DNA of 64,000 nt, from the NCBI GenBank assembly GCA_048013815.1, contig CM106585.1, positions 4,340,001-4,404,000 of the forward strand, written 5' to 3'. Under the pieces are notes generated by a model. That model worked only from the letters and a program-made list of their open reading frames with translations. It made no database searches and was not told the DNA's origin. The translations under genes were made by a program, and so were the position numbers. Shown in pieces: positions 21,426 to 33,455 of the stretch. This stretch comes from Setoptus koraiensis. Taxonomy: Eukaryota > Animalia > Arthropoda. Numbering within the stretch: position 1 is the stretch's first letter; each line of letters begins with the position of its first letter.

Positions 21426-24365
21426 AGTGGCGACGGAAGGAGATGAGTATTATCTTGATTATTGCGCTTGGCGTTAAATGAGTTAACAAGTTTCTTTTTG
21501 GTTGCTAGGTCGAATGTTATGTCAAGTTCAGGTAACGTTTATCCACATTATTGGGTCTTGTCATGAAGATTTTGCACAAGTTTTGCAATGAGCATTATGC
21601 AACAAGAGCATTGCTTGTTTGTTGTTTACTTGCTGGATGTTGATTGTGTTGCTTGTCAGGATTGCCTCAGATTGTGATACACATGTAATTGTTGTTTAAA
21701 AGCGTGTTGTGTTTCGTTTAATGGCTCGCAATCTAACGCAATCGCTTCTTTATATATCTCGTTGTTTGCCTAGGCCTACCACAGCGAACATTAGGGGTAG
21801 ACGCATGCGCGTATAAACATTTACTGAGGTATACAGTTTGTGTGTGCGTGAAAATGCTAATTTAAAAGTTTTTGTTTATATCGCCAGGGCGGCGCACTTA
21901 TATTCTCTTCATATGAAGCTGATTTTGCAGTGCTCATAAGCTTGAATGCACGCCTAAAACAGAATCGAACGAAACAAAACATTTAGCGTAACGCTCGGTG
22001 ATAGTGTGCACATTCAAACGCACTCTGCGCGCTCCTGGCGGAACAAAAAAGAACTTGGAGTTTGGCATTGGCAACAGCGCGCACACACACACACACACAG
22101 TATTAGTGTGTCAAGTTGAAGTGGAGCCTTGTTTTTGTGGCAGCCAGCTCCGGGCATCATCGTATCGGATAATCCGAGACTAATAATAACTGACTACTGA
22201 CAACTTGAGAGTACTATTGTCTGCGATCATCATCCAATAATTGCTTCTGTGTCACCCTGAATGGCTGTTGTTTGCGTGGAATTCGATCGAATCAAGTTGT
22301 ATATCCGCTGTTCTCGTTATTTATCCGGCTCGACGACGTCACAAGACAGACAACAAACAACTATTAAAGTTAAAATTTTAAATAAACGGACGGCGCCAAT
22401 CAATTAGCAGCCAGTCTAATGAGCCTCTCAAGTGAAGAGTCTCAACACACAGCTGTGTGTCTTCCTGGTACAGACAGACAGACACACATATACGGCTTAT
22501 GTGTGTCTATACACGAGCGATTAGCCGAAACAACAATGACGACACTAACCGATCACTCCAATAGCGAACGTCAGCTGCGTTTTATATACATGCCAATGTT
22601 AACACTCTTTTGCTGTCTGTCTGCATAACTTTTCAGCATCCTCTAGCTAATGATAATAATTGCTCAATCAATTTCATTTCTCGTGCCGTCTACCCATGAT
22701 GATGTAATAGACACAAACTCGCTAAATGTACCAATGGCACGTGTGAACGGAAACTGGCCGATGCGTCACGCATCATCCAGTATAACACTGGATAATGTAT
22801 CATTATTATTGTGGGGCACAAGTTTTGTTGGGCTCGTCGACCAGTCGCATGCACAATGTTCGTTGGGCAAACAAATTGCGACGCCCAGCCAGTGACTCTC
22901 TCAAGTCGAGCTTACATTTTCCAGTGCTGGCCTCTCGTTGGCGCCTCGTAGTAGACACTGCCGTGGCGCCACTTGCTAACGATCGGCGTTGGCTGTTCGT
23001 GTGCTTCTTTTTCGGCCGCGATGTTCTTTTTAACCCCCACTGTCTAATTTACAATTCATCACTAAAGTTATTGTCTGACGATACTGGTGACGCGTGACGC
23101 ACATCTCGCGAGTTCCAACTTCGAGCCACATCTACACCAACTTGTCAATTGTCGACCGATTCACCCACTGGATCACATCTTGCACAATCAACTGTAGTGC
23201 TCAATAATAGTTGTGTCAAGATTGCGATGACGCTCATCATACAGACACATACAATGAGCACAATCGCTGACGAAAAAAGGCTTGAACGAAAGCTCCATCA
23301 TTCGCTTCGTCATTAGCTTACATCATTCGTGTCTATTATTAATTGACAACTATGTTGCTATGATATCAAAATACTTCAACTGGTCCGTTCAACTTGAAAT
23401 TTGCTCACTTTTAGCTCTGCCAGTGACTATTAACTAGCAACAAGTAGGCACACCACTTGACTTGTGTCCCAAATCGCAGTCGCTGCGTGTAGGTGCGCAA
23501 TTGGAGCAATCGCATTGATTTTATCATCGATTGGACAATCTAGATTAGCTATTTATGACAGCTAAACAATATGAGCGGGTAAAACCAATTACTAATGCTT
23601 GCTGTTGTCTTACTAAACCCCTAATGAGCTGTCCCTAATGAATTGTGCTGCCATGGACTGGTCTATTTGATCTACAATAATATCCATGATAATGAACAAT
23701 AAATATACCTCATATCTATCTTTGCTCTGTCTATTTGGACACAACATTTTAGATAACATCAGGAGAAAAATAAGTTCAGCTGAAGACAAAGTTCAATGTA
23801 AATGTAACGATTCACCAGCCACTTCTTGGAATGGCTCACAACATTTACAAGAATCGATTCGATGATATTGTATTTGTTTATCCAAGAACATTATTGTTGG
23901 AGTTATCGCCTCTGTAAAAGATCCTACACACCGATCATGACTCATGAACCATTAGATAAACACAACAATAAATACTCAAGCACATTAACAATTCCTGATT
24001 ATAAAATAGAACAGAGAATGTCCCAGAGTCATTTAGATTTGTGTATGTCGCTTTCCTGAACAACAAATAAAGAGATTGTGTTTTTTGAAAAAAAGGAAAA
24101 ACATCTAGAATCTAGATGGTTTTGGCCGATTGTTTGTGTCAGTGTGAGAATAATTCAGCGCGAGTTCCTAGAATCGGAGTACAACAGCCATTTCCTAATG
24201 ATGTTGATTATCCGCTCTACATTTGTGTCTATAGGTAGTTGTGAACAGCAATGATCTATTCGCTCCGTCATCGCGAGAATAGAAATACTATTCTTGCTTC
24301 CTCAAAGAACTATTCTCACTATAATGTTGTTACATCACTGTATGAAGTAGTGTAGTTCAACCAAT

Positions 24366-24711
24366 TCAAACGATGCTGCAGGATGCTACTATAGTGTGTA
24401 TATCTATTTTCATGAATGAAAAAATGTAGAAGCATTCGCGAAAAGAGTTTAAACTAGCTGCAACTGGCATCAAAACAACAAGCATGATGTAATACATAGA
24501 CCATACGCAACAATGAATGAACAACGCCTTTACTATACTGTAGTAGCTAATCTTGTTGTTGTTCTTCCTCATGCTCTATCAAATGGAGAGAACAGCGATT
24601 TGATTCTCGGAATTCTCTGCTCTGACTAACTTTCAATTCTTGGAAAAAGACTAACCAGTTTGTTTACAAGACGCTCACCTCTGCGGCAACTCTCTGACGG
24701 CGATGAGTCAT
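24366..24711 (-). CDS. Possible small spliced hydrophobic protein (exons 24711-24679 and 24575-24366)
   Basis: ATG at 24711, GAG|GTGAGC donor, 103-nt intron ending TTTGATAG, then an in-frame hydrophobic ORF (ALFIHCCVWSMYYIMLVVLMPVAASL). No family recognised. Confidence 0.2.
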
Positions 24712-25717
24712 ACTATCTAAATTCAAACATATACTCAATATATATATATATATATATAATCATATACTCACATATAATAATATATTCGAACAAATATACT
24801 TCAAACCAAATATAAATACACTGTGTAGATATTATCCACAATCTGGTATACCCTTGTGCATACATTTGTTCTCTCTTTCCTGTCTTTAAATACTTTTACA
24901 TGAGTGCTACCATTACGTAAGACCCCTCAAGCGGCATTTGCCCTCATATTTGCTCGATAATATTATGACCCATAAAGAACATCACCAGATGATGAATATT
25001 TACGAATACATTCCAGTCACGAGGATCTTCTGTAAGGATCAATCAATCGGTTGGAACATCTGGTGAACTAATTAAAGCGTTGGGACGAATATGTTGATCG
25101 GTGATAGTATTTTTAATCTAGCTTGTTGGACGAGTCCGACGACTAAACTCCACGTCGGATACACCATCGAGCAACAAACAAAAGCTATCGCTAGCAAACA
25201 ACATTGTTAGCCATTGAACGCTTCCATTTTCATCTACCTATAGGACTGATTTTTTGGAAATTACTCTCTGTGAGACATTTGCTGCTGTTTATTATCTTGA
25301 GGACATACAATATCAGCCCAACTTGATTATTTTCAGGCAGAAAAACGCGCAGCAAGCGTTTTCTCTTCATGTCTCTCCATTCTTCGAATTGATTTTTCCA
25401 GATAAACATGCAAGGTAGAACGTTGTTTCAGTTAGGAAAGTAGTAGACTTCTTATATTGCTTAGTTGGCTTAATGAAGTTTAACCATGTTATTTGTGGTG
25501 GTTTTTGATCTCTGATGGGCGTGCATGTGGCTTCTTATGGACAAAAAAATCATTGACACAGCTTTGGATGAGACTTGCCACTTGTTGATGCACTTGCGTC
25601 TGCTAAGCAATAGTGATGGATGCATTCAAAAATGGATTCTTTATCTATAAATTAACATAATTTAATATATTTATTACTTGCTACCTCGACCACTTTTTTA
25701 TCCAAGTTGATCTGTAA

Positions 25718-26953
25718 ATGTTACAACAATCAACAGGCGATAAGCCTCCTAATGATGGCCATCGACAACATAATACACAGCCGGAATCGACTTTCGATTG
25801 CAATAATGTTACCATGGAAACAATCAAGGTGGGCTCAAGGAAAAGCAATCTGGCAATAATACAAACGAAAAAGGTCATTGAGGAATTAACTATAGCCCGT
25901 GAGAGAGATAATGAAACTAGTCCGCCCTTGCAGACACTCAATAAAACTAATAAATGTAATTTTGAAATTGTCGCAATGACTACAACGGGCGACGATATCC
26001 TCAGTCAATCTCTAGTAACTATCGGGACAAAATCACTATTCACTCGTGAGCTGGAAACTGCCCTCCTTGAAAAGCAAATCGATTTTATAGTTCACTCTCT
26101 GAAAGATTTGCCTACAACTCTACCCGAAGGTTGCGCAATTGGCGCTATTCTTCCCAGAGATGATGTGAATGATGTTTTAGTTTTAAAGAATTCCTTACAA
26201 AATCAATTGGATCCATTATCGCTCTTACAGGGAACTCACCAGACAGGTTGTGTGAAAATTGGAACATCATCTCAGCGACGGATTGCATTATTGAGAAGGT
26301 GCAACAAAAACATAGAATGTAAAGATATCAGGGGCAACCTCAATACAAGATTCAAGAAACTAGACGATACCACAAGTGGGTATTCAGCTATCGTATTGGC
26401 CGCAGCAGGCCTCGATCGCATGAACATGTCGGAAAGGGCCTCGCTTATCATGGATACGATAAATGATGGTCGTTTAAGTGATATTAAGTGGCCATACGCT
26501 GTAGGACAAGGAGCAATAGCTGTTGAGTGCCGCAAAAACGATACAAAAACTCTTGATCTACTTAGACCGGTGGTTTGTCTTAAGACAACCTATGAGGCAG
26601 CTGCAGAGAGGGCAATGATGAAATCCTTAGAGGGAGGATGCTCAGTGCCAATGGGAGTTAGGAGTAGGTGGATAAATGAACATACCCTGGAACTAACTGG
26701 AACAGTACTATCGTTAGATGGTCAGGAGCTTGTGGAATGTTCATCCAGCAGGGATCTCTCGGTACCAGGAGACACTACATTGGTGAGTGAATTATCAGAT
26801 CTCACTGGAATCGTTATTTATAGTGAAAAAAGTTTGACCTGCCACCTCCATCTGGCAGCTAGTGTTAAATTAGGCCATGAAGTGGCGATGAAAATGTTAG
26901 CCAGGGGCGCCAAGAAAATATTAGACAGCGCAAAAGCAATTAATTTAAAATAG
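25718..26953 (+). CDS. HMBS: Porphobilinogen deaminase (hydroxymethylbilane synthase), intronless
   Basis: GSRKSNLAIIQT, KSLFTRELE, DFIVHSLKDLPT, DIRGNLNTRFKKLD, YAVGQGAIAVECR, and cofactor cysteine in LEGGCSVPMG. Confidence 0.97.
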   Translation: MLQQSTGDKPPNDGHRQHNTQPESTFDCNNVTMETIKVGSRKSNLAIIQTKKVIEELTIARERDNETSPPLQTLNKTNKCNFEIVAMTTTGDDILSQSLVTIGTKSLFTRELETALLEKQIDFIVHSLKDLPTTLPEGCAIGAILPRDDVNDVLVLKNSLQNQLDPLSLLQGTHQTGCVKIGTSSQRRIALLRRCNKNIECKDIRGNLNTRFKKLDDTTSGYSAIVLAAAGLDRMNMSERASLIMDTINDGRLSDIKWPYAVGQGAIAVECRKNDTKTLDLLRPVVCLKTTYEAAAERAMMKSLEGGCSVPMGVRSRWINEHTLELTGTVLSLDGQELVECSSSRDLSVPGDTTLVSELSDLTGIVIYSEKSLTCHLHLAASVKLGHEVAMKMLARGAKKILDSAKAINLK

Positions 26954-27088
26954 AAAAGCTTGAAACATCAAGCGATTATCCCCATTATTCTAAGATGGCG
27001 ATTCATAACGGCCGTTGGCATGTTGTCGTTGAAACTTGTAGACTTTATTTTCTTTTGATATTTATTACTGTGCTAAGGCAATAAAGTA

Positions 27089-27580
27089 TCATTGGCCTTC
27101 TTGCGGCATTGTTTTAATAATATCAGAGTCACCTGGGTCCGTGATGCTGAGAGCACCCACTCTGTATAGTTTACCGCAAGCGGTTCCTAGATCGATGTTG
27201 CTTCCTGAGAAGTGATGCACGCCGGTCTTAGATAACATAGCATAGTACTCTATTTCACTTCTTCTCAATGGTGGTGTGTTTGAAGCGATTATAACTAGCT
27301 TGGCCTTACCCTAATGCATAAATAGAGGATGGTAGTGAAGAAAGAAAGTGTTACATAATGTTACGACCGTGTTCTCTGGCCTGGGCGACATATGTCGCTC
27401 TGGTTATAGTTATGTGAGTTAGCACTGGTATTGAATTTGCTGAATACTTACAAGACGGAGAGTTTTAAGTGTCTGCCTAACACCACAGCAGTATTGTCCG
27501 GATTTCATAACTAGGGCCAACCTAGAATTGATACTCTCAGTGGCTGCCTTCTTGGCCTTTGATTTGTCAGCGGGTGCCAT
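27089..27580 (-). CDS. RPL30: 60S ribosomal protein eL30, 116 aa; exons 27580-27452 and 27310-27089, 141-nt intron
   Basis: Manual translation gives [43 protein letters not shown]|[79 protein letters not shown] donor, TTAG acceptor, downstream AATAAA. Confidence 0.97.
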
Positions 27581-27946
27581 ATTGTTGGTTGTATATGAAA
27601 GATGTGTTGCTGATTATTTAAATTACAATTCCTCGCTTGTAGCGCTGCTAATATCTCCTACCAATGATAGCTGGGTGGCAATATAATAATATTGATAATA
27701 ATAATTTGCTTCTAATCGAAGGAAGAAATAATGAGGTGGAATAGGACAAATGCATGCAGATGTCTGACCATGAGTTTAGCGCTGATGCCGGATATCACGT
27801 TGTGTTGATAGTGAATAGTTCACTATTGCTCCAGTAGTGCTGAAGCTACCACTAGAGTTTTAATTTCATAGAACGCATGCGTACCTGGCAAAGGGCGCGA
27901 GATTCGAGAGTGAGTGAAAAAAAAAGTCCACGCTGAGCGAATTGGT

Positions 27947-27951
27947 AAAAA
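27947..27951 (-). terminator. Pol III T5 terminator after the tRNA
   Basis: TTTTT on the minus strand, 5 nt after the tRNA 3' end. Confidence 0.7.
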
Positions 27952-27955
27952 GAGA

Positions 27956-28028
27956 TGCCTCCAGTGAGATTTGAACTCACGACCTTTGGTTTACAAGACC
28001 AACGCTCTAACCCCTGAGCTATGGAGGC
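27956..28028 (-). tRNA. tRNA-Thr(UGU)
   Basis: GCCTCCATAGCTCAGGGGTTAGAGCGTTGGTCTTGTAAACCAAAGGTCGTGAGTTCAAATCTCACTGGAGGCA: 7-bp acceptor stem, anticodon stem TTGGT/ACCAA around CT-TGT-AA, and a GTTCAAATC T-loop. Confidence 0.96.
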
Positions 28029-28599
28029 TCGATATATGGAATCGAGATGCTAGTGATTTTAAATCGAGCAGCCGTGTCATGTAAGCCACTGGGCTCAAAT
28101 GCAAGCTGGCCAAACAAGTGGATGGTGGCTGAGCCGTTGCTGTTCGTTTTGGGAGAAAAGAATAGCACTTTCGTGTGTGTATCGCAACATTTGTTCGTCA
28201 GACAGTTCTGTCAGATATTTTGAAAGATGTTTTGTAAGACATTTTGTAAGATTATTTGTGCGAGATAATGTTTAAGCGCGTGGATAATAAATGCGTGTAT
28301 CTACGTGTATCCAACGACAATATAATTAATGATAAGAAATGTAACGACAGTAATCATACTAATAATCATACTAATAATAGAGGCAAACGATAGGATCGGA
28401 AAGACAACGAAAGCAACAATACACTATAGTGTAATGATAAGCTACGGGCGCGCAGTGCTGATTGCTAGGTGAAATAATTGAGCGCGCAATGATGAAGTGA
28501 GCGCGCCTAGAAATGCACAAAAACAAGCGCACGTTTTTTACAGTATACCAGCACCAGTACAATAGTGTATGAGTCTCTGTACTATGAGATATACATTGA

Positions 28600-29350
28600 A
28601 AACACACACACACACACAGCACAACAGATTGTGAGTTTGCAAGGCAAGTTGCTAAGCCGTGTATATGATATCGGCTGCCATTGCTAGTATGGCGTATTTG
28701 GCGTATACGCAGCATGTAGAATTCGAGTATAGCAACCCGACAGGATCGAATGCTGCACTATTTCCACATACAACATACTGCAAACTGCATGCATTATAAC
28801 GTATATGTGAGTGGATGCAATGCGCGCCCTTGTGCGCTGCGCTGCAGTCAAATGGTAAAGCCCATTTACTACAGTGCTACAGTATTACTGCAGTATTACT
28901 GCCAGTATGTGAGTGTGTGTGTGCGCCAATGTATTATCAGCGAACGTGTATTGCCGCCCTATAGTGCATGGTGCAGCGTATACTTGGTGCCCGAGTTTTC
29001 CAACGGTCGCCATTGAAGTGCACATGAACATGCACATGCAAGAACAAGCACAGATAGAATGAACACACAAACTGCATTCTCATTGGCTGCTTCTGCTGCG
29101 TTTGCTGCCGCCACTGCTGCTGCTGCTGCTGATAGAAGTTGCAAATGGAGATAACGAAGCAAACAGAATCGTATTTGCTTTACATGCAGAGAATATAGCG
29201 CAGTTTGCACCATAGTACACTGTACACATATATATAGTGAACGCTGTGCATTTCGTCCATACCAGTATGAACGTTGTAGAATCCAATGGGAAATGAAGAG
29301 GATCCACACACACATTCAGGCGCACACACTGGCTCACACACTGGCTCACA

Positions 29351-29389
<39 letters not shown>

Positions 29390-30090
29390 TAACGAATAGA
29401 ATTCAAGCAACGAATCGAGCACACACACACACACACTAATAGTTGCTATACATTAACGTGCTCAACATTGGTTGGCTATATCCAACGAACGTTAACAACA
29501 ATAGAGATATCGAACGAACGTATACGAACGTACGAACGAACGAGAAAACGAACGAACGAACGAACCATCGAACCAACGAACAAACCAACGAACGAACTAA
29601 CGGACAAATCATCAGCATCTTCCATACTCTGCTCCCACTGCTACTAGCGCTACTGCTTCCACTGCTGCTGCTGCTGCATTAGAAAATACGTTGCTGTGGC
29701 ATTGCTCATAGACGAACACTGCTATACCCATAGTATACGAGAGAAGCAATAACGAACACACACAGAATAGAAAATATATATATACACACAGTATAACAAT
29801 ATCAAAAGTATTCGACGTTTGCACGTTATCACTTTGCATAAGCTACCACGCTAACAATTAACCTAAAATATTCATATATTTGCATCATAAAACTTGACAA
29901 AAAGAACTTATCAAACATCTGATAATCATTCAATCAAATGTAAGTAAGATAATAAAACTCCCCATACAACTAATAGACATGATAATATAATTTATCAACA
30001 CTGATAATACACACTCTGTTCAGTCTGCTTGTGTGCAATACAATAAGACCGAGAGACAGATAGAGAGACAGAGAGAGGGAGAGATGATCA
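28600..30090. repeat. Microsatellite-rich intergenic block: (CA)n, (CTG)n, degenerate (AACG)n at ~29511-29602, and (GA)n
   Basis: Read directly from the sequence. Confidence 0.8.
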
Positions 30091-30591
30091 ACAAATAGCT
30101 ACGAAATTCGCAATCATCAAAGTTACAAATATTATCAAATGAGAGCTTTATTCTTATTAGTGATCGACAATTGAATCAGTTTATTATCATAATCACAAAA
30201 TATAGTTATCTATGTATTTTTATCACACAAACACACACAAGTGACAGTGAACATTTAGAATGGAGAAAAAGCCCGCCCAATAACTGACCTATAGCTAAAA
30301 GCTAGATGCTTATTGCATGTTGCTATTACTTGATAGAGCTGTCTCATGACAGCATCTTATCAATGCATGGCCGCCTATGCGTGTCACAATTGGCGCCTAA
30401 ACTTTAGAGTATTCCTCCAACGAGTTGAACTTTTATCATTTTAGTTCATTCGTCGCTTATGACCCCATAGTGTCATCCTATTTTCTTTTATTATATTTTA
30501 TTTTATATTTTACAATATTTTATTAATTTTTTATTTTGTCTATTCATTTCAATCAACTACACAATCTGAATAGAAAATTAAATAAATAACA

Positions 30592-31316
30592 ATGGCCAAA
30601 GCTAGTAAGGATAACAAACCCAGAGGACGTATGTCTTCGTACGCTTACTTTGTTCAGAAAACCCGAGAGGACTTCAAGAAGAAGCATCCCAATGAGAATG
30701 TTGTCTTTTCCGAATTCTCGAAAAAGTGCTCAGACACATGGAAGGTAAGCTAATCACAATAATCCTAGCAAAGTTTATCAAGCAACCACTTGCATACATG
30801 CTGCATGCAAGCCACTTACCTGATCTATCAACTATCATATTTTAACGCTCTCAAACCTATATAATTTCGTTTGTTTTTTGTTTTTGCAAATAGAAAATGA
30901 GCGAAAACGAAAAGAAGAAATACGTTCAATTGGCCGACAAGGACAAGAAACGTTACGATTCTGAAATGTCCACCTATGTACCTCCTAAAGACTCTGGAAA
31001 GGGCAAGAGAGGTAAGAAGGCCAAGAAGGACCCTAATGCACCAAAGCGCGCCCTGTCAGCATTCTTCTGGTTCTGTAATGACGAAAGAAACAAGGTGAAG
31101 GCCATCCTACCTGCAGGATCTGGTGTTGGCGATGTTTCCAAAGAGTGTGCCGCTCGCTGGAACAACCTAAGCGCCTCTGCTAAATCCAAATACGAAGCTC
31201 TGGCTGCAAAGGACAAAGCTCGTTATGAGAAAGAAATCGCTAGCTACAGGAAGAAAGCTGAAGGTGGTGTTTCTGTCAAGAAGGGTAAGGCAAAGAAAGG
31301 ATCCGACGTTGATTGA
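30592..31316 (+). CDS. HMGB: HMGB/DSP1-type double HMG-box protein, 191 aa; exons 30592-30744 and 30894-31316, 149-nt intron
   Basis: Box [15 protein letters not shown]...[15 protein letters not shown]|KMSENEK; box [17 protein letters not shown]...KDKARYEKE. Splice sites AAG|GTAAGC and AATAG|AAA, phase 0. Confidence 0.95.
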
Positions 31317-32560
31317 ACTAAAGTTGAATCTAAGCACACTTAAACATACCTATTATTTACATAGATATACATATAAATATAACATAAAAAATATATATAT
31401 ACACAAAAGATGAAAATATATATCAAAAACCGAAACAAACCACCATATAAGCAAAAGCAACAATAACATCATGAATTGATTGTAACTATTCAAAGTATTA
31501 TTACAACTTATACATCAACTACGAACTATTAACTGTATAACTCTCAACTGTCAGCATGTATTAATGATTAGAACAACTTCCCTTATTGGACTTAAACTAG
31601 CACACCATCAATAATATCTAAAAGTCAGAAAATGATTGTCCAAAAACTAAGGAATAGATGGTTTTTACTCAGTTACTAAGACGAGAAAGATTTTTTGTTC
31701 AAATATTCCGAGACAAAATACGTTCAAATACATACTCATCGATATGCACTTACAAGACACAATCAGGCGAGTTGAAGACTATAAGTTCTTTATTCTGACA
31801 TTATCAATCCTATGATTTGTCTGATGAAGACATAGTTCGTCGACAACACATGAATAACCAAGAACACCACAGAACAACAAAGTATGCTGAGTGTGATCAT
31901 GTAAGTTATGTCATGATCAAGAATTAATCCGGTTGAACTAGAACAAAGGTGATGTACAAATATGGAAACGGAATAACAATGATTGATAATCTAATTATAT
32001 CAAATATAAGTTCACTCATCTGATGTTCTAGAAAAAAGAGAGTTTTGGTGCGACCAGCTGGAACTCATGACTATATGACTTAATAAGCTGAATATACTCA
32101 AATTGATTAAACTAAAATAAATAATTACACTAAAATCCTGAACGTGTTTAATTTTTTGAACAGTCTCTTAGCGGTGGTATTTGGTTTCAATTCGGAGCAG
32201 ATACACTGGTTTTATGAGACCCAGTATGATAAAGTGAGGTGGAATTCACAAGATGGGGTATAAATTATTCCAAACAAATGTGAAAATCTCAATTATAGTA
32301 TGTTGGCTATAGCAATTTTGTGCTGACCATTTTGAATTGACTGTCTTGGCATGCACGCGTTTTTCGGGAATGAAGTTGTGCCAACCAGTTGCGCGCATTT
32401 GTTCTGGCAAGTTTTGCACAACAATTTGCTCTCTTTCCGGACGCCCAACTTTGGCCTCTTACATTGCACATTTCGTTTGTAAGACAAACGATGTCCAGTA
32501 ACGAAGGATTTTGTTCCTGATTTTTATAATTGACCAAAAATTACTTCAACCTTTAAAGAT

Positions 32561-33085
32561 ATGGAACAATTACTAAATAATTACAGAATTATGGACGACC
32601 AATTAGCTTATCTGGATATTCTATCATTGCAACCAGAGTTTAATATACAAGAAGTATGGTCATTTGTGCCTGCCGAAACAAATCAATCGCAAAATTCTCT
32701 ATATCCCATGGTTGATCCTAATGAAGTTTGTCCATTGCAGCCAATTACCGACGAGGTTTGTTCGCCAAAGGCGCGAGCTAGCTCCTCTAAAATGGAGGTA
32801 AAGCATAGTGCTCTCCACTGTCAACAAAAACAGGGGATATCCAGCAGCAAAAAATTGACAGTTCGTGAGAGACAACTCGAACTTCAAAGACAAGAAGCTC
32901 ATCAATTGCAGTTGCGTGATTACTATTTGACAACTATACGCAATTTAGAAGCAAAGTGTAACAAACTGAGAAACATTTTGAAGGATCTGGTAGTCACCTC
33001 GCCCAAGTTCGACAATCAACTTATGGATCAACTCGATAGTTTAGAGTTATGGAAGGATTGCAATAAGTTCAATCCGACACAATAA
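32561..33085 (+). CDS. Orphan 174-aa protein with a C-terminal bZIP-like coiled coil; paralogue of 20484-21425
   Basis: ATG ORF. Shared motif KLT..ER..ELQR.E..Q..L....L..I..L......L..ILK..VV.SP..D.Q..D.L.SL.LW.....FN.TQ. AATAAA overlaps the stop codon. Confidence 0.8.
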   Translation: MEQLLNNYRIMDDQLAYLDILSLQPEFNIQEVWSFVPAETNQSQNSLYPMVDPNEVCPLQPITDEVCSPKARASSSKMEVKHSALHCQQKQGISSSKKLTVRERQLELQRQEAHQLQLRDYYLTTIRNLEAKCNKLRNILKDLVVTSPKFDNQLMDQLDSLELWKDCNKFNPTQ

Positions 33086-33124
33086 AAGATATCTTAGACA
33101 CGGTCAAAATAAATTTTCCTGGCC

Positions 33125-33219
33125 GAGAAGTATTTATGTTATATTGGAGAAGTATATATGTTATACTCGAGAAGTATAAATGTTATAATCGAGAAGTATA
33201 TGTGTTATATTCGAGAAGT
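33125..33219. repeat. 22-nt tandem repeat (GAGAAGTATATATGTTATANTC) x~4.4
   Basis: GAGAAGT recurs at 33125, 33147, 33169, 33191 and 33213. Confidence 0.9.
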
Positions 33220-33455
33220 GTTTTAATCAAAAAAAAAATCTATTCTTCCTTGTGATTGCAAAATAATGCTGTTATGTGTACATGTATATACCTTAGATCA
33301 TGATCAATCAACTATGAATAAAGGCTACCATTGAGTAAACAATATTTGTATCTTAGCCGTGTTAGCTTTAATTTATATTTTTATTATAGCATCGATTTTT
33401 CTTTCATTTCATTATTTGTTCTAAATGCATATGATCTACTTCCAAATAATTTGTC

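Noticed and set aside
23770-23910. Minus-strand SCKCCEP...LHLH* resembling a cystine-knot segment
   Set aside because: It lacks the preceding CxGxC and ends in a stop; probably chance.
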